Source: a virus. From it: a stretch of 64,000 bases of DNA. The translations under genes and the position numbers were made by a program. The DNA lies in IMG/VR virus record IMGVR_UViG_3300035242_000035, positions 17,073 to 81,072 of that record; one strand, 5' to 3'. Under the pieces are notes generated by a model, which did not search any database, had not been told where the DNA came from, and saw only the letters and a program-made list of their open reading frames with translations. Shown one piece after another: positions 17,152 through 26,222 of the stretch; within the stretch, counting starts at the first letter, position 1, and each line of letters begins with the position of its first letter.

Positions 17152-19412
17152 CCGCGGGATACGAGGCGTTCCTGTCCGGAAAGGCCCCGGCCTTCAGGCC
17201 CTCCGGTTTTGAGCCCAAGGCGGTGAGTCGCATGCTCAAGGCCTGGCAGGCGTCCATCGTCCGCCGCGGGTGCCGCCTCGGGCGGATGGCCGCCTTCGCG
17301 GACTGTGGCCTCGGCAAGGGGCCGATCGCGCTGGAGTGGGCGCGCCAGGTGGAGGCGAGCGCCGGGGCGCCGGTGCTGATCCTCGCCCCGCTCGCGGTGG
17401 CCCAGCAGTTCGTCACCGAGGCCCAGAAATTCGGGCTCCCCTGCAGTTACGCCAGGAACCAGGCGGAGGCGTCCGGCCCGGTGGTGGCGACCAACTACGA
17501 GCGTCTGGGCGAGTTCGACCCCGGCCGCTTCTCAGGGGTGGTGCTGGACGAGTCGAGCATCCTCAAGAACTACTCCGGCAAGACGAAGCGCGTCCTGGTC
17601 GAGGCCTTCCGCACGACGCCGCACCGCCTGGCGTGCACCGCGACCCCGGCCCCCAACGACGTGATCGAACTCGGGAACCACGCCGAGTTCCTCGGCGTGA
17701 TGCCGAGCGCCGAGATGCTAGCCCGGTGGTTCATCAACGATACGATGGAGGCCGGCAAGTACCGCCTCAAGCGCCACGCCGAGCGGGACTTCTGGCTGTG
17801 GGTCGCCGGGTGGGCCGTCACCATGGGCACGCCGGGGGACCTGCTGGACGAGGCCGGCCAGCCGTACCCGGACGACGGCTACCAGCTGCCGCCCCTCGAG
17901 GTGGTCCACCACGTCGCGGCGGCGCCCGACCGGAAGGCCCCGCCCGGCTCCCTGTTCGAGCACGTCACGCTCCACGCCACCACGCTCCACGCCGCCCTGA
18001 GGGAAAGTACGCCGCAGCGGGCAGAGCTCGCCGCGGAACTCGTGAAGGCCGAGCCGGACGAGGCCTGGGTAGTGTGGGTCGCCACCAACTACGAGGAGGA
18101 GGCGATCACCGAGCGACTGCCGGACGCAGTGGCGGTGCGTGGCGACATGGACCAGGAGGAGAAGCGGCGGCGGCTCGTGGACTTCGGAGAGGGGCGGGTC
18201 CGCGTCCTGGTCACCAAGGCGGGGATCGCCGGGTACGGCCTGAATTGGCAGCACTGCGCGAGGCACGTTCACCTGGCCAGCTCGTTCAGCTTCGAGGACT
18301 GGTATCAGGAGGCCCGGCGCAGCTACAGGTACGGCCAGACGCGCGCCGTCCGCGCGCACGTCGTGTGCGCCAGCGGCGAGGAGCGCATCCCGGAGGTCAT
18401 CGCCGCGAAGCAGGCGGCCCACGCGGACCAGCGCCGCCGGGCGGTGGAGGCCCAGCGCAGCCTTCAGCTCGCGGAACTCGACGGCCCGCGCGCCGAGGTC
18501 GGACCCGCCTACGTCAAGTCGGAGTCCAGCGAGGGTTGGAAGCTCCACCTCGGGGACTGCGTGGAGGCGGCGCGGCGGGTTCAGGACTCGTCCGTCGGGC
18601 TGCACCTGTTCTCCCCGCCGTTCTCCAACCTGTACGTGTACTCGGCGAGCCTGCGCGACATGGGGAACTGCCGAGACGACGCCGAGTTCTTCCGGCACTT
18701 CGGATACCTCCTGCCCGAACTGTTGCGCACCCTGAAGCCCGGGCGGCTGTGCGTGATCCACTGCAAGGACCTGCCGCAGTACCGCGGCGAGGCCGGCGCC
18801 CTCGGGCTGCGCGACTTCCCGGGCGAGCTCACCCGCCGGATGCTAGAGGTCCGCGGCGCTGACGGGGAACGGTTCGCCTACCACTCCAAGGTCACCATCT
18901 GGAAGTCACCTGTCTTGGAGATGCAGAAAACCAAGAGCTACGGCCTGCTCTACAAGACCCTCCGCGAGAACGGGTCCTTCTCGCGCCAGGGGCTGCCGGA
19001 CTACCTGGTGGTGTTTCGCAAGTCCGCGCCCGGCGACGGGTGCGACGACCCGGTGAAGCACACGCCGGAGGACTACCCGCTCGAGCTGTGGCAGCGCGTG
19101 GCCTCGCCGGTGTGGTCGGACATCCGGCAGACACGCGTCCTCAACGTCGAGGCGGCCAGGGCCGACGACGACGAGAAGCACCTGGCGCCGCTGCAGCTCG
19201 ACGTGGTGGAGCGCTGCGTTCGCCTCTGGACGAACCCCGGGGACCTCGTGTTCTCGCCCTTCGCCGGCGTCGGCAGCGAGGGCGTCGGGGCGCTCAAGTT
19301 GGGCAGGCTGTTCGAGGGGGCGGAGATCAAGCCCGAGTACTTCGAGCGGGCCTGCCGGAACCTGCGGTCCGCCGGCGCGCAGCTAGACCTGCTGACCGAG
19401 GAGGCGTCGTGA
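17148..19412 (+). CDS. SNF2-like helicase fused to N4/N6 DNA methyltransferase
   Basis: DCGLGKG, LDESS, TATPAPN, GLNWQH, RSYRYGQ; then GDC, FSPPF, SPFAGVGS. Confidence 0.92.
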   Translation: MTAGYEAFLSGKAPAFRPSGFEPKAVSRMLKAWQASIVRRGCRLGRMAAFADCGLGKGPIALEWARQVEASAGAPVLILAPLAVAQQFVTEAQKFGLPCSYARNQAEASGPVVATNYERLGEFDPGRFSGVVLDESSILKNYSGKTKRVLVEAFRTTPHRLACTATPAPNDVIELGNHAEFLGVMPSAEMLARWFINDTMEAGKYRLKRHAERDFWLWVAGWAVTMGTPGDLLDEAGQPYPDDGYQLPPLEVVHHVAAAPDRKAPPGSLFEHVTLHATTLHAALRESTPQRAELAAELVKAEPDEAWVVWVATNYEEEAITERLPDAVAVRGDMDQEEKRRRLVDFGEGRVRVLVTKAGIAGYGLNWQHCARHVHLASSFSFEDWYQEARRSYRYGQTRAVRAHVVCASGEERIPEVIAAKQAAHADQRRRAVEAQRSLQLAELDGPRAEVGPAYVKSESSEGWKLHLGDCVEAARRVQDSSVGLHLFSPPFSNLYVYSASLRDMGNCRDDAEFFRHFGYLLPELLRTLKPGRLCVIHCKDLPQYRGEAGALGLRDFPGELTRRMLEVRGADGERFAYHSKVTIWKSPVLEMQKTKSYGLLYKTLRENGSFSRQGLPDYLVVFRKSAPGDGCDDPVKHTPEDYPLELWQRVASPVWSDIRQTRVLNVEAARADDDEKHLAPLQLDVVERCVRLWTNPGDLVFSPFAGVGSEGVGALKLGRLFEGAEIKPEYFERACRNLRSAGAQLDLLTEEAS

Positions 19413-19521
19413 AACGTCGGGGGGCGGCGCGGTCGCGGACAAGTCCGTCGAGTGGGCGGAGCGTCAGATCGGCTGGCCAGAGGCCGATCGCCAGCCCGGC
19501 AACACCGAGGCCACGCACCTG

Positions 19522-19914
19522 GTGCCGGACTGGTTCTGGACCGGGTGGACGGGGGCGGAAGTCGGCCTGGACAACCTGATCGCCACATTCCTCCAGGCGC
19601 CGTCCGGGATGCCGGTCCCGGTCGTGACGGACTGCCCGCGGTGCAAGCTGCGGCACGTTGACCGCGGCGCTTGGATGACCCGTCGCCACTCCACTCACAT
19701 CTGCGACGGGTGCTACCTCCAGTGGAAGGTGGAGGGGCGCGGCAAGTTCACGGTCGGGGTCGCCGACTACTGCGCGGGCTCCGGCGTCCCGACCCGCAGG
19801 GCGGACGACGGCGTTGGGGGGTGCGTGACGTGCGCCGCGATCTTCGCCCCGCTGGCTAACGGCGGCCCGGCGCCGGAGCACGTCGCCGGGCAGGGACTGA
19901 CGCAGCCTCCGTAG
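19522..19914 (+). CDS. Zn-finger protein (true start probably 19409 across a G6 frameshift)
   Basis: CPRC..H..H..HICDGC; open frame extends upstream with no start codon. Confidence 0.55.
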   Translation: MPDWFWTGWTGAEVGLDNLIATFLQAPSGMPVPVVTDCPRCKLRHVDRGAWMTRRHSTHICDGCYLQWKVEGRGKFTVGVADYCAGSGVPTRRADDGVGGCVTCAAIFAPLANGGPAPEHVAGQGLTQPP

Positions 19915-19917
19915 TTC

Positions 19918-19945
19918 TTGCAAACGGAGTCCGACTGCGTATACT
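19918..19945 (+). promoter_or_regulatory. Operator-promoter copy 2 (TTGCAA-N16-TATACT)
   Basis: TTGCAAACGGAGTCCGACTGCGTATACT followed by RBS and ATG 19968. Confidence 0.8.
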
Positions 19946-19967
19946 TGACAGCGAAAGGAGAGGACCG

Positions 19968-20228
19968 ATGCCGCTCGACGCCACGAAGCAGGTCACCACC
20001 TCGTCTGTGGAGGTGCCGCCGAATTCGATCTGGGTGAAGCTGGTGACCGTCAACGCCAAGGATCTTCACCGGGTGGAGGAGGCGATCAAGAACGCCGTGG
20101 GCGCCAGCGCCGAGGTGGACCGGGCCTGCCGCCGCAACATGAGCCCCAAGGCCGTGGGTGCGCGGCTGGCCATCGCCGACGCCGCCGCGCGCGGCTTGGT
20201 GAAGGTGCTGGCCGAGGTCCTGGCGTAG
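19968..20228 (+). CDS. Hypothetical protein
   Basis: RBS GAAAGGAGAGG. Confidence 0.7.
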   Translation: MPLDATKQVTTSSVEVPPNSIWVKLVTVNAKDLHRVEEAIKNAVGASAEVDRACRRNMSPKAVGARLAIADAAARGLVKVLAEVLA

Positions 20229-20231
20229 AAA

Positions 20232-20510
20232 ATGGGTCGCTCGAAACAGAAGGAGGCGTGGGCGATCCGCTACTGGCGCTGGCGTCCCGACGTGAATCGC
20301 GAGGACGGCACCGCGGATCTCGTCGATCAACAACAGGAGGTCTGGCGACGGTTTCCATCCGAGGCGATGGCGCGCGCCATGGGTCCGCGGATCGTCTCCC
20401 GAGACCCGGACGTGACGAGTCCGGGGCTGTTCGACTTGATGCGCGGAACGCCAGACCGGCATTCCATGGATGGCTGGGATTGGCAGATCACTGAGGAGGT
20501 GCGGCCGTGA
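20232..20510 (+). CDS. Hypothetical protein
   Basis: Operon packing. Confidence 0.6.
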   Translation: MGRSKQKEAWAIRYWRWRPDVNREDGTADLVDQQQEVWRRFPSEAMARAMGPRIVSRDPDVTSPGLFDLMRGTPDRHSMDGWDWQITEEVRP

Positions 20511-21052
20511 TGATGGGCGCTGACGACAGGAAGCAGGGCGAGGCCGCAGTTTTCGTGGACCACGCGGGCGTGGCAGAGCGCCTAGCTGAACTGCTGGAAA
20601 CGGAGGCCGGCCCGCGCGCATCCGTGATCCTCGGGGCCCTGCGCGCCAAACACACCCACCCCGCGCCCGTGGGGCTGGCGGCGAGGATGCGCTCGGCCCT
20701 GGCGGGCGTCCCTCTTATGAGGGGGCCCGCGTCTCAACTGGTTTGCCTGGGCTGTGGCGCGGTGGGTGACGCGGAGTGCGCTGTCAGATGTTGGGCTGAC
20801 CGAGTTGATGCCGTCCTGACCGAGGACGCCACCCCCGCCGCCGTCGCCGTGCTGGACCGGGCGGCGGAGGAGAACAGGCGGCTACGGGAGGCGCTCAGCA
20901 AGGCCGTCGACGCACTGATGACGGTCGGCAACCAGCTCGATCTTGTTCCTTCGGCGACCGACGCCGTCGTAGCGGTTCGAGAGGCCGCGACGCGCTACTT
21001 TGAGTTGTGGTCCGAAGACGCTAAGGCCCTACTTTTCAGAGAGACGCCATGA
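20507..21052 (+). CDS. Hypothetical protein
   Basis: GTGA coupling, GAGGAGG RBS, CxxC. Confidence 0.6.
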   Translation: MMMGADDRKQGEAAVFVDHAGVAERLAELLETEAGPRASVILGALRAKHTHPAPVGLAARMRSALAGVPLMRGPASQLVCLGCGAVGDAECAVRCWADRVDAVLTEDATPAAVAVLDRAAEENRRLREALSKAVDALMTVGNQLDLVPSATDAVVAVREAATRYFELWSEDAKALLFRETP

Positions 21053-21152
21053 CCGAGGCCGAGGTGCTCGCCAAGGTGGACGCGCTGCTTCGGACGCGGG
21101 CGTCCCGTCCCTGAGCGTTACCTCGTAGTAGCATCGCAGTCCGAAAGGAGAG

Positions 21153-21581
21153 GTGCCCATGGACGACGTGAACGCAGGCCCCGCCGCAGGTGCAGACCCG
21201 GACGAGAAGGCCGACACCGCCATATACGTGGAGGTCCGAAACGAGCGGGTGAAGTTGACCCGCCAGCAGGAGGAAGTGCTGCGCCTGGTGGTCGCAGGCA
21301 AGGAGAACGCGGTGATCGCGCAGTTGTTGGGCGCGACCGCGAAGCGGAAGTCCATCGCAGGGGTGGTGAACAAGCTCTCCCACCTGCTCGGCGTGGAGAC
21401 CCGCGTCGACCTGGCCAGCCGTGGGCGGGAGGTGCTGGGGCTGAGCGCGGCCGGCGAGCTCCGGCAGGCCGGAGAGGTGGCGAAGGCGGCGATCCGTCGC
21501 GGGACCGCTGAGGCCATGCAGACGGCGCTCAAGACGGTCGCCCATCTCGCCGACGACGCAGCCGCCAGGGGCGCGGAGTAG
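21153..21581 (+). CDS. LuxR-type HTH regulator (no receiver domain)
   Basis: KLTRQQEEVLRLVVAGKENAVIAQLLG...LLGVETRVDL. Confidence 0.75.
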   Translation: MPMDDVNAGPAAGADPDEKADTAIYVEVRNERVKLTRQQEEVLRLVVAGKENAVIAQLLGATAKRKSIAGVVNKLSHLLGVETRVDLASRGREVLGLSAAGELRQAGEVAKAAIRRGTAEAMQTALKTVAHLADDAAARGAE

Positions 21582-21627
21582 ACGAGCCGTGACCGCCGGG
21601 ACCTCGGCAGCAGCATGGCCACGGCGC

Positions 21628-21696
21628 TCACAACTGGAGTACAGATGTCGCACCACCAACCTAAAATCGGACGGCGAAGATCAGGCGTTTACGCGG
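21628..21696 (+). repeat. Dispersed 69-bp regulatory repeat, copy A (IHF-like site)
   Basis: 57/69 identical, ungapped, to 27809-27877. Confidence 0.85.
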
Positions 21697-21836
21697 ATGC
21701 GCCGCCTGCCAGTCAGTGCACACCGCCGACGCCGAGCAGACGCGCCCGTAGTGGTGGCCACTCGCGGGGGAGCCGCCGATCTCCCGCTACCAGCGTAACG
21801 CCGGGTCCGCTCCGGCAGAAGAAGAGGCACCACCCA

Positions 21837-22649
21837 ATGACCGAAGGAACCAGTGCAGCGCCTTTCCCCTCGACGATGATTGGCCGCGCCTACGCCCTTG
21901 CTCGCGCCCACGGGCACGAGTGGGCGACCATCCTCACGGCTGAGGAGGTGGCCGCGTGCGGCACCGACGTCGGCAGGATCCTGACGTTGGTCCACCAGCG
22001 CCAGCGTGAGTTGGAGCACAGCTCCGATGGCCCCGGCGGGATCGAGTGCCCCTTGGTCGGTCCGCAGGGCGTCGATCACGTCACCTGCACGGGGCGCACC
22101 TCGTGGGTCGTCCGGTGGGACGGGTCTGTTGAGGTGAAGCGGTTCGAGGAGGGGGAGGGAGCCTCCACTGAGCCGCTCGCGACGATGGGGGTGGAATCCT
22201 GGGGGCGTTACGCGCACGAGGGGCCGGGCGGCAAGCCCATGGCGAGGATCTCGATCCACTCCGCAGAGTGCAGTCAGGTCGACTTGGCCCGCCTGGTGGA
22301 GTGCGCCTCGGCGGTCGGCGCGGTTCCCCATCTGGACGGGTACTGGCACGACTGGCTCGGGCTGGTTCCCCCTCCCGGGATGCTCCCCGCCCTCGACTCG
22401 CTCGACGTCGCACAGCGAGAGCACGGGCCCGCTGGCAGTAAGCCTTTGCAGCCAGGAGAGAGGGTCCTGTCGACGGGCCGCGGCAGTATCCACGGGTGGT
22501 ATCACCGCACGAGCGAGCCGTTCCTGGTGGACGGGAGCGCCACCGTCGTTAGGCTGGATGGCTGGGCGGACGCCCTCCTGGACACCGGCTTCACCGTGTC
22601 GCTGGACTCGGTCCGTCGCCCAGAGGCCACCGCGGCCGAGGTGGCGTGA
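21837..22649 (+). CDS. Hypothetical protein
   Basis: AAGAGG RBS before ATG 21837. Confidence 0.6.
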   Translation: MTEGTSAAPFPSTMIGRAYALARAHGHEWATILTAEEVAACGTDVGRILTLVHQRQRELEHSSDGPGGIECPLVGPQGVDHVTCTGRTSWVVRWDGSVEVKRFEEGEGASTEPLATMGVESWGRYAHEGPGGKPMARISIHSAECSQVDLARLVECASAVGAVPHLDGYWHDWLGLVPPPGMLPALDSLDVAQREHGPAGSKPLQPGERVLSTGRGSIHGWYHRTSEPFLVDGSATVVRLDGWADALLDTGFTVSLDSVRRPEATAAEVA

Positions 22650-22987
22650 TGGCCGCCCACGAGTCCGGCGACCCAGCGGAGGAGGAGCGCTTCCTCCGCT
22701 TCTACGCCCTGCCCCCGAACCCGACCGAGGTTGACCTGGAGTCCTCACTCGTCGATTGGCGCAGGTTGGGGATGTCCGAGACCTTCGTGGAGTCGCTGGT
22801 CGCGAGGTTGGAGGTGGTTCGACTCCAGCGCCCCGTGGCCAGCCACATCGTCAGTACCGAGGCCCGGTACGTCGAGGCCGACGACGCGTGGGAGTACCGG
22901 CGCCGGTGCTCGTGCGGGAACCGCGGCGCTTGGCTCCGCGACCAGAAGAAGATCGCACCGTGCCCTCGCGCAGGAGGCGCGAGATGA
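22646..22987 (+). CDS. Hypothetical protein
   Basis: Coupled; H..CSC..W motif. Confidence 0.55.
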   Translation: MMAAHESGDPAEEERFLRFYALPPNPTEVDLESSLVDWRRLGMSETFVESLVARLEVVRLQRPVASHIVSTEARYVEADDAWEYRRRCSCGNRGAWLRDQKKIAPCPRAGGAR

Positions 22988-23262
22988 GCGCCATGGGGAT
23001 TGAGAAGGGTTGGCGAGCGGTCTACACGGCGCAGCGCGGGTGGGCCTGGATTGAGGACGCGACCGGGCGCCGGGTCGCTGACTACGTGCCGGAGGACGTT
23101 GCCCCGGCGATAGAGTCCTTGCCGGACCTGCTGGAGGCGTTGCGCGATGCGGACACCGTGCTGATGATGGCCGACCGCTCGAATGCCTGGCGCTGCGAGA
23201 GGGACCGTTGCCGCGAGCGCATCGCCACCGCCCTCGGCAAGGCGGAGAGGGTCCGTCCGTGA
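22984..23262 (+). CDS. Hypothetical protein (PDLLEAL family)
   Basis: AGGAGG RBS; IESLPDLLEALR. Confidence 0.6.
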   Translation: MSAMGIEKGWRAVYTAQRGWAWIEDATGRRVADYVPEDVAPAIESLPDLLEALRDADTVLMMADRSNAWRCERDRCRERIATALGKAERVRP

Positions 23263-23477
23263 CGATCATCTCCGCCCTTCAGGACACAGGCGAGATCCAA
23301 CCAGCGCCGCTCCTCCCGCCCCACCGGACTGCGGCCGTGTACGCCGCGATCTGGCGACTCCTCCACGAGGAGGCTGCGCAGTGGTCTCCGCTCGACGTCG
23401 CCGTCCGCCGCTTTCTCGGCTTGTCCCGCGACCCGGCTCAGACCCACGAGCCGAAGCGCCAGCGAGGAACCAGGTGA
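23259..23477 (+). CDS. Hypothetical protein
   Basis: GTGA coupling. Confidence 0.45.
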   Translation: MTIISALQDTGEIQPAPLLPPHRTAAVYAAIWRLLHEEAAQWSPLDVAVRRFLGLSRDPAQTHEPKRQRGTR

Positions 23478-23680
23478 CCGCGGACGTCTCAAGAGCGGCG
23501 CGCCTGGAGGCGGAGCGCCAAGCAGAGGTCGAGGTGCTGAGGGACGCCCTGGCCCGCCACCTCGCCGCGATCACGCGGGACCTGGCGCGCGGCGTCACCG
23601 TCATCCTCACGCCGACCTCGGGGCTCGGCCGCCTGCTGGTGGAGGCCTCCGACCGGCTGGCGGACCTGGGCGAGGAGTGA
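23474..23680 (+). CDS. Hypothetical protein
   Basis: GTGA coupling. Confidence 0.45.
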   Translation: MTADVSRAARLEAERQAEVEVLRDALARHLAAITRDLARGVTVILTPTSGLGRLLVEASDRLADLGEE

Positions 23681-23713
23681 CCTTCCACAACCAACGAAAA
23701 GGAGTGAGTACCC

Positions 23714-24454
23714 GTGAATCGCGTTCTCGCAATCGCCCTCGTCGTTCTGTCCGCTCTTCCGCCGGTGTCGCTGCCGCGCTTCGTCGACCCTCTGGGGTAC
23801 GACCGGACGGGGCTGTTGGCCAAGCAGATACAGAAGACGGAGGAGGAGATGTCGCGCCAGGCCCCAGAGCTCTACAGGCGCCTCGTCTCGTCGGAGAAGG
23901 ACCGCCGGTGCTTTTGGTTGGCCTACGCCGTGCTCACCTCCGGCCGCATGGTGGATGTCGCCTACCGCGGCGTCGCTCGCGGGACGGCGCCGGAGGGAAG
24001 CATCAAGCTGGCCGAGGAGAACCGCACCAGGGTGGCGCTCGAGGCCGAACGGCTGGGCTGCACGGGCCCCAAGCTCCCAGACGGTGGTTACCCGGACTCC
24101 ACGGGTTCGAAGACGCTGGACGATGCCCTCCGATATCTGGAGGACAGGATCGGGTCGAAGACCAGCGAGGGCTACCACCGCGCGCTGGATCCAGAGGAGC
24201 GCGCAATGGTGTCGGCCCACTTTCACGCATGGCAGTCGTCGATCCCCGGGAGAGTCCAGGCCGGTATGTACGCAGCGAATGGGATAGGGCCTGCCGTGCC
24301 GCCCGGCACCGATATCCCGACCGAGCACGCGGTGTTGGTCGCCGCGGCTACCGCAGCTGCGCTACTCGGGCCCGAGGCGGTCCCGCTCCTGCTGCGCCTC
24401 GTGGCCCCGGCCGCCGCGACTGCCCCGGCGATTCTCCAGGGCGCATCTCGCTGA
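23714..24454 (+). CDS. Exported protein with signal peptide and FVDPLG motif
   Basis: AAAAGGAG RBS; MNRVLAIALVVLSA; hydrophobic C-terminus. Confidence 0.65.
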   Translation: MNRVLAIALVVLSALPPVSLPRFVDPLGYDRTGLLAKQIQKTEEEMSRQAPELYRRLVSSEKDRRCFWLAYAVLTSGRMVDVAYRGVARGTAPEGSIKLAEENRTRVALEAERLGCTGPKLPDGGYPDSTGSKTLDDALRYLEDRIGSKTSEGYHRALDPEERAMVSAHFHAWQSSIPGRVQAGMYAANGIGPAVPPGTDIPTEHAVLVAAATAAALLGPEAVPLLLRLVAPAAATAPAILQGASR

Positions 24455-24518
24455 CCACGGAGCCCTATTCGGTCGTGAACTCGCGCGCGGCGACAGAGCC
24501 CGCTGCGCGCCGAGACGT

Positions 24519-24764
24519 TCATGACCCAGCGACAGTCTTCACGGCGCGCGGGTGGTCCGGCTGCACGAAGGCGAGGTCCATCGGATCCGGCGGATAGAGC
24601 GGCAAAACCTCCACGCCGGAGCCGATGTTCACCCCCCTCGGGTACTCAGCAGCGGCGCGCTCGGCGCCCTCGCGGCCGTAGGGGCCCAGGCAGTACGACA
24701 CGGCCTCGCCGTACTCGACGGCGTGCACGCGCACGACGTAGAGCGTCTCCTCGTTGGGGTCCAT
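24519..24764 (-). CDS. Hypothetical protein (MDPNEETL...)
   Basis: GAGAGG RBS; last gene of minus-strand mini-operon. Confidence 0.5.
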   Translation of the reverse strand: MDPNEETLYVVRVHAVEYGEAVSYCLGPYGREGAERAAAEYPRGVNIGSGVEVLPLYPPDPMDLAFVQPDHPRAVKTVAGS

Positions 24765-25212
24765 CCAGGCACCTCTCATTTCCGATCTCGATTGAACGCC
24801 CCCGTATCGCCGGGAGCCACGCGGGGGATGATGGAGCTCGGCCCCATTCAGACAGCACCCACATGGAGTCCCGCGCGTGGTTGAGGTGTTCGCGAACCAC
24901 GTCAAGCGCTCGTGCGCGGACGTCATGGCTCACGTCACCGACGCCGCCGATCAGTTGGCCGAGGTCCCAGTTCGCCCACGCGTCCGGGTGGTCGAAGAGG
25001 TAGTTTCGGGCTGATCGGACGACATCCGCCGGGCTCATGTTGCGGACGAGCCGGACGCTGAAGCGCCCGTCGCCAAGGTCGGTCTGGGCGGCGAAGGCGG
25101 TGTCCTGCGCCAGCCACCCCGCGGGCAGCGCCTGCCGCACGTCCTCCACCGTCGCCGAGGAGTCGAACAGCGCACGTGGACCGACGTCGGAGTTGAGGTC
25201 GATGTGAACCAT
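24646..25212 (-). CDS. Hypothetical protein
   Basis: Follows the 25215 gene directly; 3' end overlaps next ORF and is uncertain. Confidence 0.5.
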   Translation of the reverse strand: MVHIDLNSDVGPRALFDSSATVEDVRQALPAGWLAQDTAFAAQTDLGDGRFSVRLVRNMSPADVVRSARNYLFDHPDAWANWDLGQLIGGVGDVSHDVRARALDVVREHLNHARDSMWVLSEWGRAPSSPAWLPAIRGRSIEIGNERCLDGPQRGDALRRARARRRVRRGRVVLPGPLRPRGRRARRC

Positions 25213-25214
25213 GA

Positions 25215-25550
25215 TCAGCGACCCTCAGCCTTAGCGCGAGCGTTCCGGGCCATCTCCACCAGCCGGTTCCAGGCCGGACTACCGATCTCGTCGTCGAAAT
25301 CCACCAGCGCGACCGTCACATCGTAGGTGTCCGGTGCGGCGGCGATGAGGCGGGCGTTGGCCTCGCTATCGCGCTCGGCTCTGAGCCCGCACGCACCTGG
25401 CGCCTCCCTCCACGTCTGCGGACGACTCGCCGTGTTGGCGGGCCAGAGAATGGATTCGATCAGCGCGCCCGGCGCGACCGGATGCAAGGCCCTCAGCCTC
25501 TTCATGTCTGGATTCCAGCCCCACGGGCCTGGCGTGTGCTTCGCGTCCAC
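25215..25550 (-). CDS. HTPGPW...ANARLIAAAPD family phage protein
   Basis: Both signature motifs present; AAAAGGAGAGG RBS. Confidence 0.75.
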   Translation of the reverse strand: MDAKHTPGPWGWNPDMKRLRALHPVAPGALIESILWPANTASRPQTWREAPGACGLRAERDSEANARLIAAAPDTYDVTVALVDFDDEIGSPAWNRLVEMARNARAKAEGR

Positions 25551-25610
25551 GTGCGAACCTCTCCTTTTCCTGCGGTCGACGCCAGAGCGACACCGGCCGA
25601 AGCGGGAGCA

Positions 25611-25638
25611 ATAATACGCAATCGGAGTCCGATTGCAA
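25611..25638 (-). promoter_or_regulatory. Operator-promoter copy 3 (TTGCAA-N16-TATTAT) with perfect 9-1-9 palindrome
   Basis: GCAATCGGA-G-TCCGATTGC at 25618-25636. Confidence 0.8.
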
Positions 25639-25769
25639 GTCCAAACGCCTAGAGACGCGCACCGGGCGCGCCTCCGGGTATGCTGGGCCGACCATGCACA
25701 GCCAGCTCACCAACCGGCACGGCCACTTCGGGCCGAGCGCGGGAGATCGCCGTGGGTAATGGGACCAAG

Positions 25770-26222
25770 ATGGCTTCATTCTGGCGTGGATTCCTCAGCG
25801 CCTTCGACCTGCTCGGCAGCCTCTTCCGACCGACGTGGTCCCTCAGGGCCCGCGCGATCCGGGCGATGCCCGACGCCCAGGCGCTTGCCTCCGATTGGCG
25901 CGCCATCGGCCGCGACTTCTCGGCGGTGATGCCCAGGCCCGGCGACCTAGCGGTGGAGATCGACGATGGCCTCACGGCCAGGGTCTCACCGGAAATCGCC
26001 GGACCGGACCGGGTGAGATTCGCGCTGCCTTCCGTCGACCTGCTGCGCCCCGGCTTCTCGCACTTCCGCAGCGACGGCTGGCCCTACTGCCCGCGGTGCG
26101 ACAAGGACGAGGTCTACACCCTCGCCGGTGCGGCGAAAGGTCGCGCGCCGATCCTCGACGACCTGGCGCAGGACGCCACCTGTAATGGATGCGGCTGGTG
26201 CCTCGCGGTGCACGATGGGTAG
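25770..26222 (+). CDS. Hypothetical protein with C-terminal Zn ribbon
   Basis: DAQALASDWRAIGRD motif; CPRC...CNGC. Confidence 0.6.
   Translation: MASFWRGFLSAFDLLGSLFRPTWSLRARAIRAMPDAQALASDWRAIGRDFSAVMPRPGDLAVEIDDGLTARVSPEIAGPDRVRFALPSVDLLRPGFSHFRSDGWPYCPRCDKDEVYTLAGAAKGRAPILDDLAQDATCNGCGWCLAVHDG

Noticed and set aside
19409-19425. Programmed frameshift at G6
   Set aside because: With the 14190 and 63464 cases, all three are repaired by adding one base to a homopolymer, which fits sequencing error equally well; cannot be resolved without reads.
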